Part shown: one piece after another, positions 49,401-57,252 of the stretch
Layout: every line of letters begins with the position of its first letter
Numbering within the stretch: position 1 is the first letter of the stretch
Assembly (NCBI GenBank): GCA_035531595.1
Contig: DATKSN010000114.1
Span: 11,186 to 75,185 of the forward strand
Direction of reading: 5' to 3'
DNA from: Pirellulales bacterium
GTDB taxonomy: Bacteria; Planctomycetota; Planctomycetia; Pirellulales; JAICIG01
DNA: 64,000 nucleotides
Program-made: the position numbers and the translations under genes
Notes under the pieces: generated by a model
The model's database searches: none
Told to the model about the DNA's origin: nothing
The model's input: the letters and a program-made list of their open reading frames with translations, nothing else

Positions 49401-49934
49401 CACGCCGCTGAGTTGCCCGTGGCCGGGGAGGTCCAAGCGGAAGTCAAAGCCATCGAAAAGCACCATCGCCTGTTGGACGATCCCGACCCCGTGCCGGGGC
49501 TCGTGAACAAGCTAACGGAGGCGTTGCGCGGCGCGATCAACGAAACTCATTCCGCCTGCGCCGCCGCGCGTGAAAAGGGGCTGGAGGGACTCGAAGGCAA
49601 CGACCCCTGGCAAAAACTCACGCCCGAGCAGCGATACGAAATCCTCTCGAAGAACGGCGTCCGGGAAATGCCGGCGATCGCGGTTGGCACAACCGACGAG
49701 GTTCTGACCACGCTGGCGAAAACGCGGATCAGCGAACTGGCCGCGATTCGCGATGCCTTGCCGACCCGCTTCAGCAACGCCCTGGCCACGGCGGCGAAGC
49801 TGCTCGAGCCGAAGGCCCAGCACGTCGATCTCCCGAGCGGAACGATCAAGAACGATGACGACTTGAAGAGTTGGTTGACATCGGCGGAGGATAAGATTCG
49901 TGGAAAACTCAAGGACGGGCCGGTGATCGTGTAG
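46464..49934 (+). CDS. brxC: BREX system P-loop protein BrxC
   Basis: 1156 aa. P-loop GFYGSGKGHLVKVL, Walker B-like LIVLDEVQQY. Size and position (after brxB, before pglX) fit BrxC. Confidence 0.9.
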   Translation: MMNREVYEKDPRTNTLLNQGVVKVTCGYSEQELKTLRWEIENFVCRDQYENGVDRILSTYLANLDQPEQPGVWVSGFYGSGKGHLVKVLQHLWIDFEFPDGAKARGLAKLPTNTHDYFKELTTAAKRLGGLHAAAGTLGSGACESVRLDLLSIIFQSLSLPGEFRTANFVLWLRDEGLEEAVMAAIAKSGLDKDATLANFYVSDPIAKAILKERSDFANKPGDVKLLLEKQFPEKMDVSIDEMIAKIKQALGSHHAPRDGNSGKKGKLPCTLIVLDEVQQYIGDSVDRSKAVQDVQEQCCARLGANVMFVATGQNALSGTPLLQRLQGRFPIPIELHDTDADQVTRELVLKKKPSTEPTIKKLVEDHSGEIERQLAGTTIAFNSRDRQLLVKDYPILPVRRRLWERVLRAVDKAGTGAQLRTQLWIVYDAVQKTADLPLGNVVSGAFLFEHIKTKVLQSGVLLQEISETIARQKQEDEGELRYQLCALIFLIGQLPHNKEPLDAGIRANAETLADLLVTDLTTSSAGLRKTVPELLEKLVASGAVMQVDDEYRMQTREGSEWNQAFQEARNKLIADAGKLAGERSQLLKTQCGEILKKSKLLHGTSKEARKFELHFGADAPDTSGSTVPVWIRDGWEVQEKTVVSDARAAGDSAAVVYGFVKPTKSEELKHAIASHYAATATLNAKGTPSTPEGIEARKAMETRLEQAEGTRNGLIEEILNETAIYTAGGEVVNGILLEGKVQDAARACLDRLFPRFQLGDSPDWHKVIERAKKGDGDALEAMGHKGDPENHAVCKAVIDYVGSGKKGTDVRKQFAGPPCGWPQDAIDAALIVLANGGVLQARSGNEPIAKGKLDQKNMTGAEFRTESVKLTTQEFVAIRGVYKKVGLNSSSGQESLHAPEFLSRVHRLAEDAGGDAPLPKRPETRHLLDMANRVGNDQLKAIYDNKDRLTQEIADWQKRKDLIAKREPHWKELTALLVHAAELPVAGEVQAEVKAIEKHHRLLDDPDPVPGLVNKLTEALRGAINETHSACAAAREKGLEGLEGNDPWQKLTPEQRYEILSKNGVREMPAIAVGTTDEVLTTLAKTRISELAAIRDALPTRFSNALATAAKLLEPKAQHVDLPSGTIKNDDDLKSWLTSAEDKIRGKLKDGPVIV
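47218..47241. repeat. Single REP unit inside brxC, in-frame
   Basis: gtagtcatcacgctccgcgtgatg, translated as ...GSHHAPRDG... Confidence 0.85.
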
Positions 49935-49939
49935 CCATC

Positions 49940-50843
49940 GTAGACCTCACGCTCCGCGTGAGGAAACATCACGCGGAGCGTGATGACTACCGTAGATTTT
50001 ACGCTTGAGCGTGACGAAGCGCCGCGGCGAGATTGGTGACTTCGTCGAGACGACGACGTTACAATGAATCGAACTACCATGAACACACACGCCTCCTCAG
50101 TCCCCGCGATGCCGGTCCACCTGTTCGACGCCGACGCGGAATTATCGATCGTCGAGCGCCGCTTGCCTCATTGGTCGCAGGCCGGCGCGATTTGCTTCAT
50201 CACATGGCGCACGAACGACTCCATGCCCAAGCAAGTCCTCGACGAATGGTACTCCGATCGAAACCATTGGCTTCGATCGCATGGAATCAATCCCGCCGAC
50301 TCGAATTGGCGAGCACGGCTCGCGGAAATCGACCGTCGATCCGCGCGCGACTTTCTCGATACGTTCTGGAACCGCTGGCACGACGCTCTTGACGCGGGAC
50401 ACGGAAAGTGCGTGCTGCGCCGGCCGGACCTCTCGGAAATCGTCGCCAAGAGCCTCCGCCACTTCGACGGCGAGCGGTACGTCATGCTCGACTACGTGGT
50501 GATGCCCAACCATGTCCACCTGCGGGCTTCCTTTCCCGACGAAGGAGCCATGGTGGCACAGTGCGAGTCGTGGAAGCACTTCATGGCCGTGCAAATCAAT
50601 CGACGGCTGGACCGAAAAAAGCGGTTTTGGGAGCAGGATGCGTTCGATCACCTTCTCCGCAGTGAAGAACAATTCCACTACCTTCGCCGGTACATCGCCG
50701 AGAACCCGGCCAAGGCACGTCTTGGCCCGGGTGAGTCCAGGCACTACTCTAAACCACTTTGAAGCTGCGGCCACCGTAGACCTCACGCCACCGTAGACCT
50801 CACGCTCCGCGTGAGGAAACATCACGCGGAGCGTGATGACTAC
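49940..50843 (+). mobile_element. RAYT gene flanked on both sides by REP doublets (REPIN-like), inserted between brxC and pglX
   Basis: Left doublet 49940-49990: gtagacctcacgctccgcgtgagg-aaa-catcacgcggagcgtgatgactac. An identical doublet lies at 50793-50843, preceded by a partial unit at 50776-50790. Confidence 0.8.
50064..50762 (+). CDS. REP-associated tyrosine transposase (RAYT; IS200/IS605 Y1 HUH family)
   Basis: LPHWSQAGAICFITWRTNDSMP, HUH motif VVMPNHVHL, and catalytic-Tyr region FHYLRRYIAENP. It is flanked by REP doublets. Confidence 0.85.
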   Translation: MNRTTMNTHASSVPAMPVHLFDADAELSIVERRLPHWSQAGAICFITWRTNDSMPKQVLDEWYSDRNHWLRSHGINPADSNWRARLAEIDRRSARDFLDTFWNRWHDALDAGHGKCVLRRPDLSEIVAKSLRHFDGERYVMLDYVVMPNHVHLRASFPDEGAMVAQCESWKHFMAVQINRRLDRKKRFWEQDAFDHLLRSEEQFHYLRRYIAENPAKARLGPGESRHYSKPL

Positions 50844-50871
50844 GATCGTGCTCAGCCCGACGCCAGAAACC

Positions 50872-53800
50872 ATGCCCGCACTCGCAACCGACCTTCGCAA
50901 GCAACTCGAAAACGTCTGCATCCAGGCGCGCGACCTGGCCGAGGCCGCGGCGCGCTCCGCCCTGCAAAAACGGGCGGTCGATGTCCCGGAGCCGTTCACG
51001 CACTTCAGCGCCGCCGACAAGGAATTGCGGAACCGCCTCCGCGCTCGCGGGCGCCAAATGGGTGACGTTCGCCACGCCAACAAGACGCAAGCCATCGACC
51101 AGCTCACCCAGGAGCTCGCCTACGAATACTGGCACCGCATGCTCTTTGCCCGCTTCCTGGCCGAGAACAACCTGCTGATAAACACCGAAGGGGTCGCCGT
51201 CAGCCTCGAAGAGTGCGAGGAACTGGCCAAGACCGTAGACGTCACGCTCCGCGTGACGGGCGACGGGACGCATCACGCGGAGCGTGATGTCTACGGTGGC
51301 GCCCCCAACGGCTTCGTCCTGGCCGCGCGCTACGCCAGCCGGATGCTGCCCCAGATTTTTCGCACCGACGACGTGCTGCTCGAAATCGAATTTCCCGCTG
51401 AGCAACGGCTGACTCTTGAAAGACTCCTGGCCAGCTTGCCCAAGGAGACGTTCCTGGCCGACGACAGCCTCGGCTGGGTGTACCAGTTCTGGCAGAGCAA
51501 GCGTAAGGACCAGGTGAACGCGGCCGGCGCGAAGATCGACGCCACGACGCTTTCGGCCGTCACCCAACTCTTCACTGAGCACTACATGGTGGAGTTCCTG
51601 CTTCACAACACGATCGGGGCCTGGTGGGTGGCCAAGGAAGGAGTTGGGCCACGGATCAAACACGGATCAAACACGGATGGGAAGAGAGAATACGCCAATG
51701 GCATTGATCCGAGTTCCATTCGTGCTCCGTCCGTCGCTTTGTCCGATTTCGAATACCTGCGTTGGCGCGACGACGGCACGCCCGCGGCGGGCACGTTCGA
51801 CGGTTGGCCGCGCCGCGCCGCGGAGCTGAAAGTGCTCGACCCCTGCTGCGGCTCGGGGCACTTCCTCGTCGCGGCGTTCAACCTGCTCGTGCCGCTGCGG
51901 ATGGTTGAAATGACTCAGGCGAGCGGGGGGCGTCAGCCCCCTGTTTCCGAAGTGGTCGACGCGGTCCTCCGCGACAACCTGTTCGGGCTGGAGCTCGATC
52001 CCCGCTGCACGCAGATTGCCGCCTTCGCCTTGGCCTTGGCGGCGTGGCGGTATCCCGACCGTAGCCATCACGCTCCGCGTGATGAGGACCGTAGCCATCA
52101 CGCTCCGCGTGATGAAACCGTCACGCGGAGCGTGACGTCTACGGTAGAGCCGCTCGGCTACCGCGAACTGCCGCCCTTGAACATCGCCTGCGTCGGCATT
52201 GGGCCACAGGCCGGCGAGGACGAATGGCTCAAGCTCGCCCAGCAATCGGGCCGGCCGATGAACGCCCTCTCGCGCGAGCCGATCCTCGACGGGCTGCGGA
52301 ACTTGCACGCGCTGTTTTCCAACGCGCCGACCTTGGGTTCGCTCATCGACCCGAATCAAATGTCGGCGGACCTGATCACCGCCGACTATCGAACCTTGCA
52401 GCCCTACCTGGCCGCCGCTTTGGCGGCCGACGACCGTAGTCATGCGGACCGTAGTCATCACGCTCCGCGTGATGGGACCGTCACGCGGAGCGTGACGTCT
52501 ACGATGGACGACGACGCGCGCCAGCGAGCCGTGGCCGCCCAAGGCATGGCCAAAGCCGCCGAGTTGCTCGCCGGCGAATACACGCTGGTCGTCACCAACG
52601 TGCCGTACCTCGGCCGCGGGAAGCAGGATGAGACGCTCAAAAGCTACTTGGAGAAGCACTATGCCGAAGGCAAGGCCGATTTGGCCACCGCCTTCGTGCT
52701 GCGGTGTCTGGAGTTCTGTGCCGGCGGCGGCACGGCGGCGCTGGTGACGCCGCAGAACTGGTTGTTCTTGACAAGCTATACCAGGCTACGGCAACGTCTG
52801 TTGGAAGACAGGACGTGGAATGCGGTCGCTCGATTGGGCGAACGCGCATTTGAGAGCGACGCGGCTGCCGGAGCGTTTGTGGCGATGCCGATGTTGTCGG
52901 CGACAGGGCCCGGCGACGACAACATGGTGGTCGGACTTGACGCGTCGGGGGAGAGGGACAGCTCCGAAAAGGCAAAGGCCTTGTGCCAAAAGCGTCTCAT
53001 GCTCGTCAGCCAAAAGTCACAGTTTGCGAATCCCGATGCCGCGATCAGGATGGAGGTTGTTTCCGGCAAGCTTCTTTCTGAGCATGCTTCATCGACGCAG
53101 GGCTTGAAAACGGGCGATGACGAAAGGTGGCGCAGATTCTTTTGGGAGATTTGGCGAGATGGCGCTCGGTGGCGGCTGCTTCAGAGCACAGTCGAAACTA
53201 CAATCGCTTTCGGTGGAAAGGAAAGTGTAATCGACTGGGCCGGGCGAGGGGAACAAATGGCCCGGCTTCAAGGCATGGCCGCTTGGGGGAGTGCGGGTGT
53301 AGCCGTCAAGCTCATGCGCTCACTACCTGTAACGTTGTACACAGGCGAGGTGTTTGACAGCAACGTATCCCCGGTCGTTCCATATCAACGAGATTTATTA
53401 CCCGCGATCTGGTGTTTCTGTGAGTCGGGTGATTTGGCCAAGGGAATTCGTAAGGTGAATACCAAACTAAACATCGCTGAGGGAAGCCTTGTGAAAATCC
53501 CCTTCGACCTCGCCCACTGGCAGCAGGTGGCCGCCGAGAAGTACCCGAACGGCTTGCCGGAGCCTGAGAGCGACGATCCGACGCAGTGGCTGTTTCACGG
53601 CCGGCCGGAGCAATCGACCGGGCCCTTGCAAGTGGCCGTGGCGCGGATGCTGGGCTACCGTTGGCCGGCGGAGCTCGACGCGTCGATGCGTCTCAGCCGG
53701 CGGGCGCGGGAATTGGTCGAGCGGTGCGACGAGTTGGTCCCTTTCGCCGACGCCAACGGCCTGGTGCCCATCTCCTCGGTGCGCGGCGAGCCGCCGGCGG

Positions 53801-54525
53801 CCGAGCGGTTGCTGGAGTTGCTGCGCGCCACCGTAGGCATCTCGCTCCGCGAGATGAATCCTCACGCGGAGCGTGAGGTCTACGATGGGCGTGATGACTA
53901 CGGTGTCTTGCTCGAGCGGGCGCTTGGCGACGCGGGCTGCAAGCCCGGCACCTCGCTCGACGACTGGCTCCGCAACCAGTTCTTCGAGCAACACTGCAAG
54001 CTGTTCCATAATCGCCCCTTCATCTGGCACATCTGGGACGGCCGCAAGGACGGCTTCTCCTGCCTGGTCAACTACCACAAGCTCAACCACAAGACGCTGG
54101 AAAACCTGACCTACTCGTACCTGGGCGACTGGATCGCGGCCCAGGCCGCGGAGGCCAAGGCCGATAGAACCGGTGCCGGACTGCGACTCGCCGCCGCCCA
54201 GGCGTTGCAAGCCAAGCTCAAGCTGATTTTGGCCGGCGAGCCGCCTTACGACATTTTCGTTCGCTGGAAGCCGCTTTCGGAACAGGCCATCGGCTGGCAC
54301 CCGGAGCTGAACGACGGTGTCCGAATGAATATCCGTCCTTTCATCGAGGCCGACATCCTGCGGAAAAAACCGAACATCAAGTGGACCAAGGACCGCGGCA
54401 AGGAACCCGGGCGGGATAAAGCGGAATACCCCTGGTTCTGGAAGGGCGAGGCGTTCGTGGGGGATCGGGTGAACGACGTACACTTCACCAACGCCGAGAA
54501 ACAGGCGGCGAGGAGCAAGAAGTAA
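50872..54525 (+). CDS. pglX: BREX-1 adenine-specific DNA methyltransferase PglX
   Basis: SAM motif I LDPCCGSGHFLVAAF and motif IV variant VVTNVPYLGRGK, about 1200 aa, positioned after brxC. Start set at the MPALATDL ATG (50872), because the ORF-track start lies inside the REP doublet. Confidence 0.9.
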   Translation: MPALATDLRKQLENVCIQARDLAEAAARSALQKRAVDVPEPFTHFSAADKELRNRLRARGRQMGDVRHANKTQAIDQLTQELAYEYWHRMLFARFLAENNLLINTEGVAVSLEECEELAKTVDVTLRVTGDGTHHAERDVYGGAPNGFVLAARYASRMLPQIFRTDDVLLEIEFPAEQRLTLERLLASLPKETFLADDSLGWVYQFWQSKRKDQVNAAGAKIDATTLSAVTQLFTEHYMVEFLLHNTIGAWWVAKEGVGPRIKHGSNTDGKREYANGIDPSSIRAPSVALSDFEYLRWRDDGTPAAGTFDGWPRRAAELKVLDPCCGSGHFLVAAFNLLVPLRMVEMTQASGGRQPPVSEVVDAVLRDNLFGLELDPRCTQIAAFALALAAWRYPDRSHHAPRDEDRSHHAPRDETVTRSVTSTVEPLGYRELPPLNIACVGIGPQAGEDEWLKLAQQSGRPMNALSREPILDGLRNLHALFSNAPTLGSLIDPNQMSADLITADYRTLQPYLAAALAADDRSHADRSHHAPRDGTVTRSVTSTMDDDARQRAVAAQGMAKAAELLAGEYTLVVTNVPYLGRGKQDETLKSYLEKHYAEGKADLATAFVLRCLEFCAGGGTAALVTPQNWLFLTSYTRLRQRLLEDRTWNAVARLGERAFESDAAAGAFVAMPMLSATGPGDDNMVVGLDASGERDSSEKAKALCQKRLMLVSQKSQFANPDAAIRMEVVSGKLLSEHASSTQGLKTGDDERWRRFFWEIWRDGARWRLLQSTVETTIAFGGKESVIDWAGRGEQMARLQGMAAWGSAGVAVKLMRSLPVTLYTGEVFDSNVSPVVPYQRDLLPAIWCFCESGDLAKGIRKVNTKLNIAEGSLVKIPFDLAHWQQVAAEKYPNGLPEPESDDPTQWLFHGRPEQSTGPLQVAVARMLGYRWPAELDASMRLSRRARELVERCDELVPFADANGLVPISSVRGEPPAAERLLELLRATVGISLREMNPHAEREVYDGRDDYGVLLERALGDAGCKPGTSLDDWLRNQFFEQHCKLFHNRPFIWHIWDGRKDGFSCLVNYHKLNHKTLENLTYSYLGDWIAAQAAEAKADRTGAGLRLAAAQALQAKLKLILAGEPPYDIFVRWKPLSEQAIGWHPELNDGVRMNIRPFIEADILRKKPNIKWTKDRGKEPGRDKAEYPWFWKGEAFVGDRVNDVHFTNAEKQAARSKK
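51235..51294. repeat. REP doublet inside pglX, in-frame (60 nt)
   Basis: gtagacgtcacgctccgcgtgacg-N12-catcacgcggagcgtgatgtctac, translated VDVTLRVTGDGTHHAERDVY. Confidence 0.85.
51649..51736. repeat. CACGGAT-rich 11-mer repeat element inside pglX, in-frame (boundaries approximate)
   Basis: ccacggatcaaacacggatcaaacacggatgggaagagagaatacgccaatgg...ccattcgtgctccgtccgtcg. Same family as the elements at 54527, 56395, 59703 and 60151. Translated PRIKHGSNTDGKREYANGIDPSSIRAPSV. Confidence 0.7.
52061..52142. repeat. REP triplet (two direct units plus one inverted) inside pglX, in-frame
   Basis: gtagccatcacgctccgcgtgatg twice (52061-52084 and 52091-52114), then cgtcacgcggagcgtgacgtctac (52119-52142). 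Translated DRSHHAPRDEDRSHHAPRDETVTRSVTST. Confidence 0.85.
52436..52502. repeat. REP doublet plus a partial unit inside pglX, in-frame
   Basis: gtagtcatgcg (partial), gtagtcatcacgctccgcgtgatg (52451-52474), and cgtcacgcggagcgtgacgtctac (52479-52502). Translated DRSHADRSHHAPRDGTVTRSVTST. Confidence 0.85.
53833..53901. repeat. REP doublet (variant stem) plus a partial unit inside pglX, in-frame
   Basis: gtaggcatctcgctccgcgagatg-aat-cctcacgcggagcgtgaggtctac, then gcgtgatgactac. Translated VGISLREMNPHAEREVYDGRDDY. Confidence 0.85.
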
Positions 54526-54526
54526 G

Positions 54527-54580
54527 GCACGGCTGAAACACGGGCGGAACACGAATGGAAGCGGTAGAATGGAATGGCGG
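54527..54580. repeat. Junction repeat (GAAACACGGGCGGAACACGrATGGAAGnGGTAnAATGG) with a possible -10 box
   Basis: ggcacggctgaaacacgggcggaacacgaatggaagcggtagaatggaatgg. TAGAAT at 54565-54570 lies 45 nt upstream of the ATPase ATG. A near-copy lies at 56405-56447, and a degenerate copy at about 56741-56780 lies upstream of hicB. Confidence 0.5.
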
Positions 54581-54615
54581 CAGGAGAACCCTCAAGGTCC
54601 AGAAGGAAAAAACGG

Positions 54616-55713
54616 ATGATCACGTCGATAACCATCGAAAACTTCAAGAACATTCGGCGGCAGCAGATTGATCTTGAGCCGCTCACGGTCTTCGTCGGCG
54701 CGAACGGAAGTGGCAAGACGAGCGTGCTTGAAGCGATCAATGTGGCTGTTAGAACAGCAACTGGCTCGCCCGAGAAAGTGCCTCCCTACCGACCTAACTG
54801 CGACTGGCTTTATACACGAGGTGGTCACGGCGATTTGAAAATTACCTTTGCGACAGAGCATGGGCAGTTTTGGGTGACGGCAAGTCCACCCATCGCCTTT
54901 CCGCCGCCAATCGAGCTTTTGGGGAAAAGCCAATGGGCCTTTGCCGTGCGTTGTTCGACCGACCTGCGCTTGGAGGACGCAGTCGCACTAGCGAAATCAA
55001 CGGTTTTCTTGGGCCTGTCCGCGTCAAAATTGGCGAAACCGTCGTACTCTGCTCTCAATCCGCCGACGTTGGCGTACAATGGGGGCGGTCTCGCGTCGGT
55101 TCTTGCTCACATGGCTCTGAACGCCCCGGACGTGTTTGACGAATTGGTCTCGCGGTTGCGGGAGTTGGTTCCTCAGTTGAAACGGATTCGCTTCAAGAAG
55201 GCCGCCGTCAAACTCCCGGAGAAGGAGTTGGTGCGTTTTGGCGAGGAAACGATGCGACGGCGATTTTCACGAACCTACCAAGGCGAGGAGCTTCTGTTTG
55301 ATTTCGAAAACGGGTCCAATATCCTGGCGCAAACGGCAAGCGAAGGGACGCTCGTGCTACTTGGGTTGTTGACAGTGGTTCTTCGACCAGAGCGACCCGA
55401 TGTCCTGCTCCTGGACGACCTGGAACACGGCCTTCACCCGTTGGCGCAACAATCGTTGCTCGAAATGCTGCGAAAGCTGATGCAGACGTTTCCTCGATTG
55501 CAGATCGTGGCGACCACCCATTCGCCGTACCTTCTCAACTACCTCTCCCCACAGCAAGTGCGAATCATGGCCATCGGGCCGGATGGCTATACGCGTTGTG
55601 GGCGGCTGACCGATCATCCTAAGTTTTCGACGTGGAAGGACGAGATGGCTCCGGGTGAGATGTGGAGCCTGTTTGGGGAGAAATGGCTCGCGGAAAAGGG
55701 GGCCGCGGAATGA
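54616..55713 (+). CDS. AAA_21/AAA_15-type (ABC/OLD-like) ATPase nested in the BREX locus
   Basis: MITSITIENFKNI, Walker A GANGSGKTS, Walker B LLLDDLEHGLHP, and TTHSPYLL. Start set at 54616 (AAGGA upstream). Confidence 0.85.
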   Translation: MITSITIENFKNIRRQQIDLEPLTVFVGANGSGKTSVLEAINVAVRTATGSPEKVPPYRPNCDWLYTRGGHGDLKITFATEHGQFWVTASPPIAFPPPIELLGKSQWAFAVRCSTDLRLEDAVALAKSTVFLGLSASKLAKPSYSALNPPTLAYNGGGLASVLAHMALNAPDVFDELVSRLRELVPQLKRIRFKKAAVKLPEKELVRFGEETMRRRFSRTYQGEELLFDFENGSNILAQTASEGTLVLLGLLTVVLRPERPDVLLLDDLEHGLHPLAQQSLLEMLRKLMQTFPRLQIVATTHSPYLLNYLSPQQVRIMAIGPDGYTRCGRLTDHPKFSTWKDEMAPGEMWSLFGEKWLAEKGAAE

Positions 55714-56370
55714 GCCTGCAAATCGCCGTCGTCCATGAGGCTGCGGCCGACTTTCAGACGGCCACGAAGCTTGCCGACCGAGCAATGTGCGCGGCCATTA
55801 GCTGGCTCGACGAAGAGCTGCTGGGGACATTTCGCGAACGAGTCGGCGCTTCCGGACGCGGCAGCCGCGCGTCGTGCTATCACCTTCCTCCGGAACGAGT
55901 TCCCCGAACTGGGGGCAATCGTACTGGTCCGAGATCGGGACGATGAGCCGGAGCGACGAGGCGGCCTGGAACAAGCACGCCGCCACAACAACACCCACTT
56001 CGTGATCGTAGTGGGATTTGCCGTTGTGGAACGTGAGAGTTGGGTGATCTGCGGGTATGAGTCTCTCAACGAAGGTGAGTCGGCTTGCCTAGAAGCGGAG
56101 CGAAAGCGGCTCGGCTTCGACCCGCGATTCCGGAGCCACGAACTAACGGCATGTAAGAACGACCAGGCCAAACGCAGCCCGAAGCGGGTTCTTGCCGTCT
56201 TGACCGACGGAGACCACAATCGCGAGCGCCGTTGCTGGCGAGAGACCCCGCTCGAAGTGCTTCGCGACCGCGGAAAGCACAATGGACTTGCGGATTATCT
56301 TGCGGAAGTTGAACAGCGGCTCGCGCCGTTGATCTCGGGTCACGAAATGAGACCGGTGAAACCCTGTTGA
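55710..56370 (+). pseudogene. Toprim/DUF4276-like partner of the ATPase, interrupted by a frameshift
   Basis: The ATG overlaps the ATPase stop (ATGA). Frame A encodes MSLQIAVVHEAAADF...EELLGTFRER and then degenerates to a stop at 55946. Frame +1 encodes ...AITFLRNEFPELGAIVLVRDRDDEP...VVGFAVVERESWVICG... to 56370. The E / DxD / E spacing resembles Toprim. The frame switch lies somewhere in about 55800-55870. Confidence 0.55.
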
Positions 56371-56394
56371 CGAGGGGAACACAAAAAGCCACCG

Positions 56395-56455
56395 ATGAGC
56401 CACCGATGAAACACGGGCGGAACACGGATGGAAGAGGTACAATGGCGTAGTCGAG
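56395..56455. repeat. Junction repeat copy (CACCGATGA 11-mers, GAAACACGGGCGGAACACGGATGGAAGAGGTACAATGG)
   Basis: gccaccgatgagccaccgatgaaacacgggcggaacacggatggaagaggtacaatggcg, with TACAAT at 56438-56443. Confidence 0.6.
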
Positions 56456-56809
56456 TATGGAGCGGCGGACAAGAAACCAAGGCCCTTGAAAAGCAGGATC
56501 AACATGAAGTCGTCGAGCACTGGGCCGTCGATTGGAGCGCGCACGGGAACTGCCACGACCCGCCGCATCGGGCGGCCTGCGGTTTGGGCCTCGGCGTCGC
56601 TTGGTATCGTGACGTGCTGCGGGCCAAGCTCGTTTCGCTGCGTCTGCCGCTTCGCCTGCTGCTGGAGTACAAGGAAAAGCTGACGGCGCAAATCGAGAAA
56701 TTAGAACGACAATTCCATGAGCAACAGTGATTGAGTTCCGGTGGCACGGGCAAAGCAACGGCCGAAAGGGTAGAATGGGATCTGGTGTCACGCCAAACAG
56801 GAGTTTCTC

Positions 56810-57031
56810 ATGAGCACGCGATACACGGTCAGTGACGGCAAGCTCGTCCTGAACCTTGAACCGGCGGAGGAAGGAGGGTACGTCGTGACTTCGCCTCTCG
56901 ACCCCGAGCTGATTACCGAGGGCGAGACCATCGAAGAGGCGTTTGCCAACGCTCGCGACGCCACCGCGGCCCTTAAGCAATCGAGGGTCAAGCTACTGCG
57001 CCGGGTGTCGGCACCGACCTCTCGAGGATAA
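56810..57031 (+). CDS. hicB: HicB-like (UPF0150) antitoxin
   Basis: YTVSDGKLVLNLEPAEEGGYVVTSPLDPELITEGETIEEAFANARDA is HicB-like. AGGAG lies upstream. Confidence 0.7.
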   Translation: MSTRYTVSDGKLVLNLEPAEEGGYVVTSPLDPELITEGETIEEAFANARDATAALKQSRVKLLRRVSAPTSRG

Positions 57032-57042
57032 GATCGCCCCCA

Positions 57043-57231
57043 ATGAATCGCCGGGACGCCACCTGCGCGAGCATGGATGCGTGTTGCACCATCATGGCGC
57101 AAAACACGACGTTTGGCTCAATCCCGCAAACCTTGCCCAGGCGCCGGTCCCGCGGCATTCCAAGATCAAACGCGGCACAGCTCGGGGGGGTGTGCGGAAT
57201 ATTGGGCATTCCGCGCCCACCGGGGCCTTAG
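57043..57231 (+). pseudogene. hicA: HicA toxin gene with two frame disruptions
   Basis: MNRRD is read in the ATG frame. RHLREHGCVLHHHGAKHDVWLNPANLAQAPVPRHSKIKRGTAR is read in the -1 frame. GVCGILGIPRPPGP is read back in the ATG frame. The second switch coincides with a G7 run at 57184-57190. Confidence 0.65.
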
Positions 57232-57252
57232 TCGTTAGTCTTCCTTCAATTC

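Noticed and set aside
52061-52502. Repeated 24-30-nt units in pglX that could superficially suggest a CRISPR array
   Set aside because: The units are palindromic and occur in both orientations with irregular spacing (6-nt to >300-nt gaps). They lie inside a continuous ORF, match the REPs flanking the RAYT gene, and no cas genes are present.
56428-56730. 100-aa plus-strand ORF between the Toprim-like gene and hicB (ends ...LLEYKEKLTAQIEKLERQFHEQQ)
   Set aside because: Its N-terminal third is a translation of the junction repeat, and it has no recognisable start context or family. The coiled-coil-like tail might be a remnant of something, but I cannot support a gene call.
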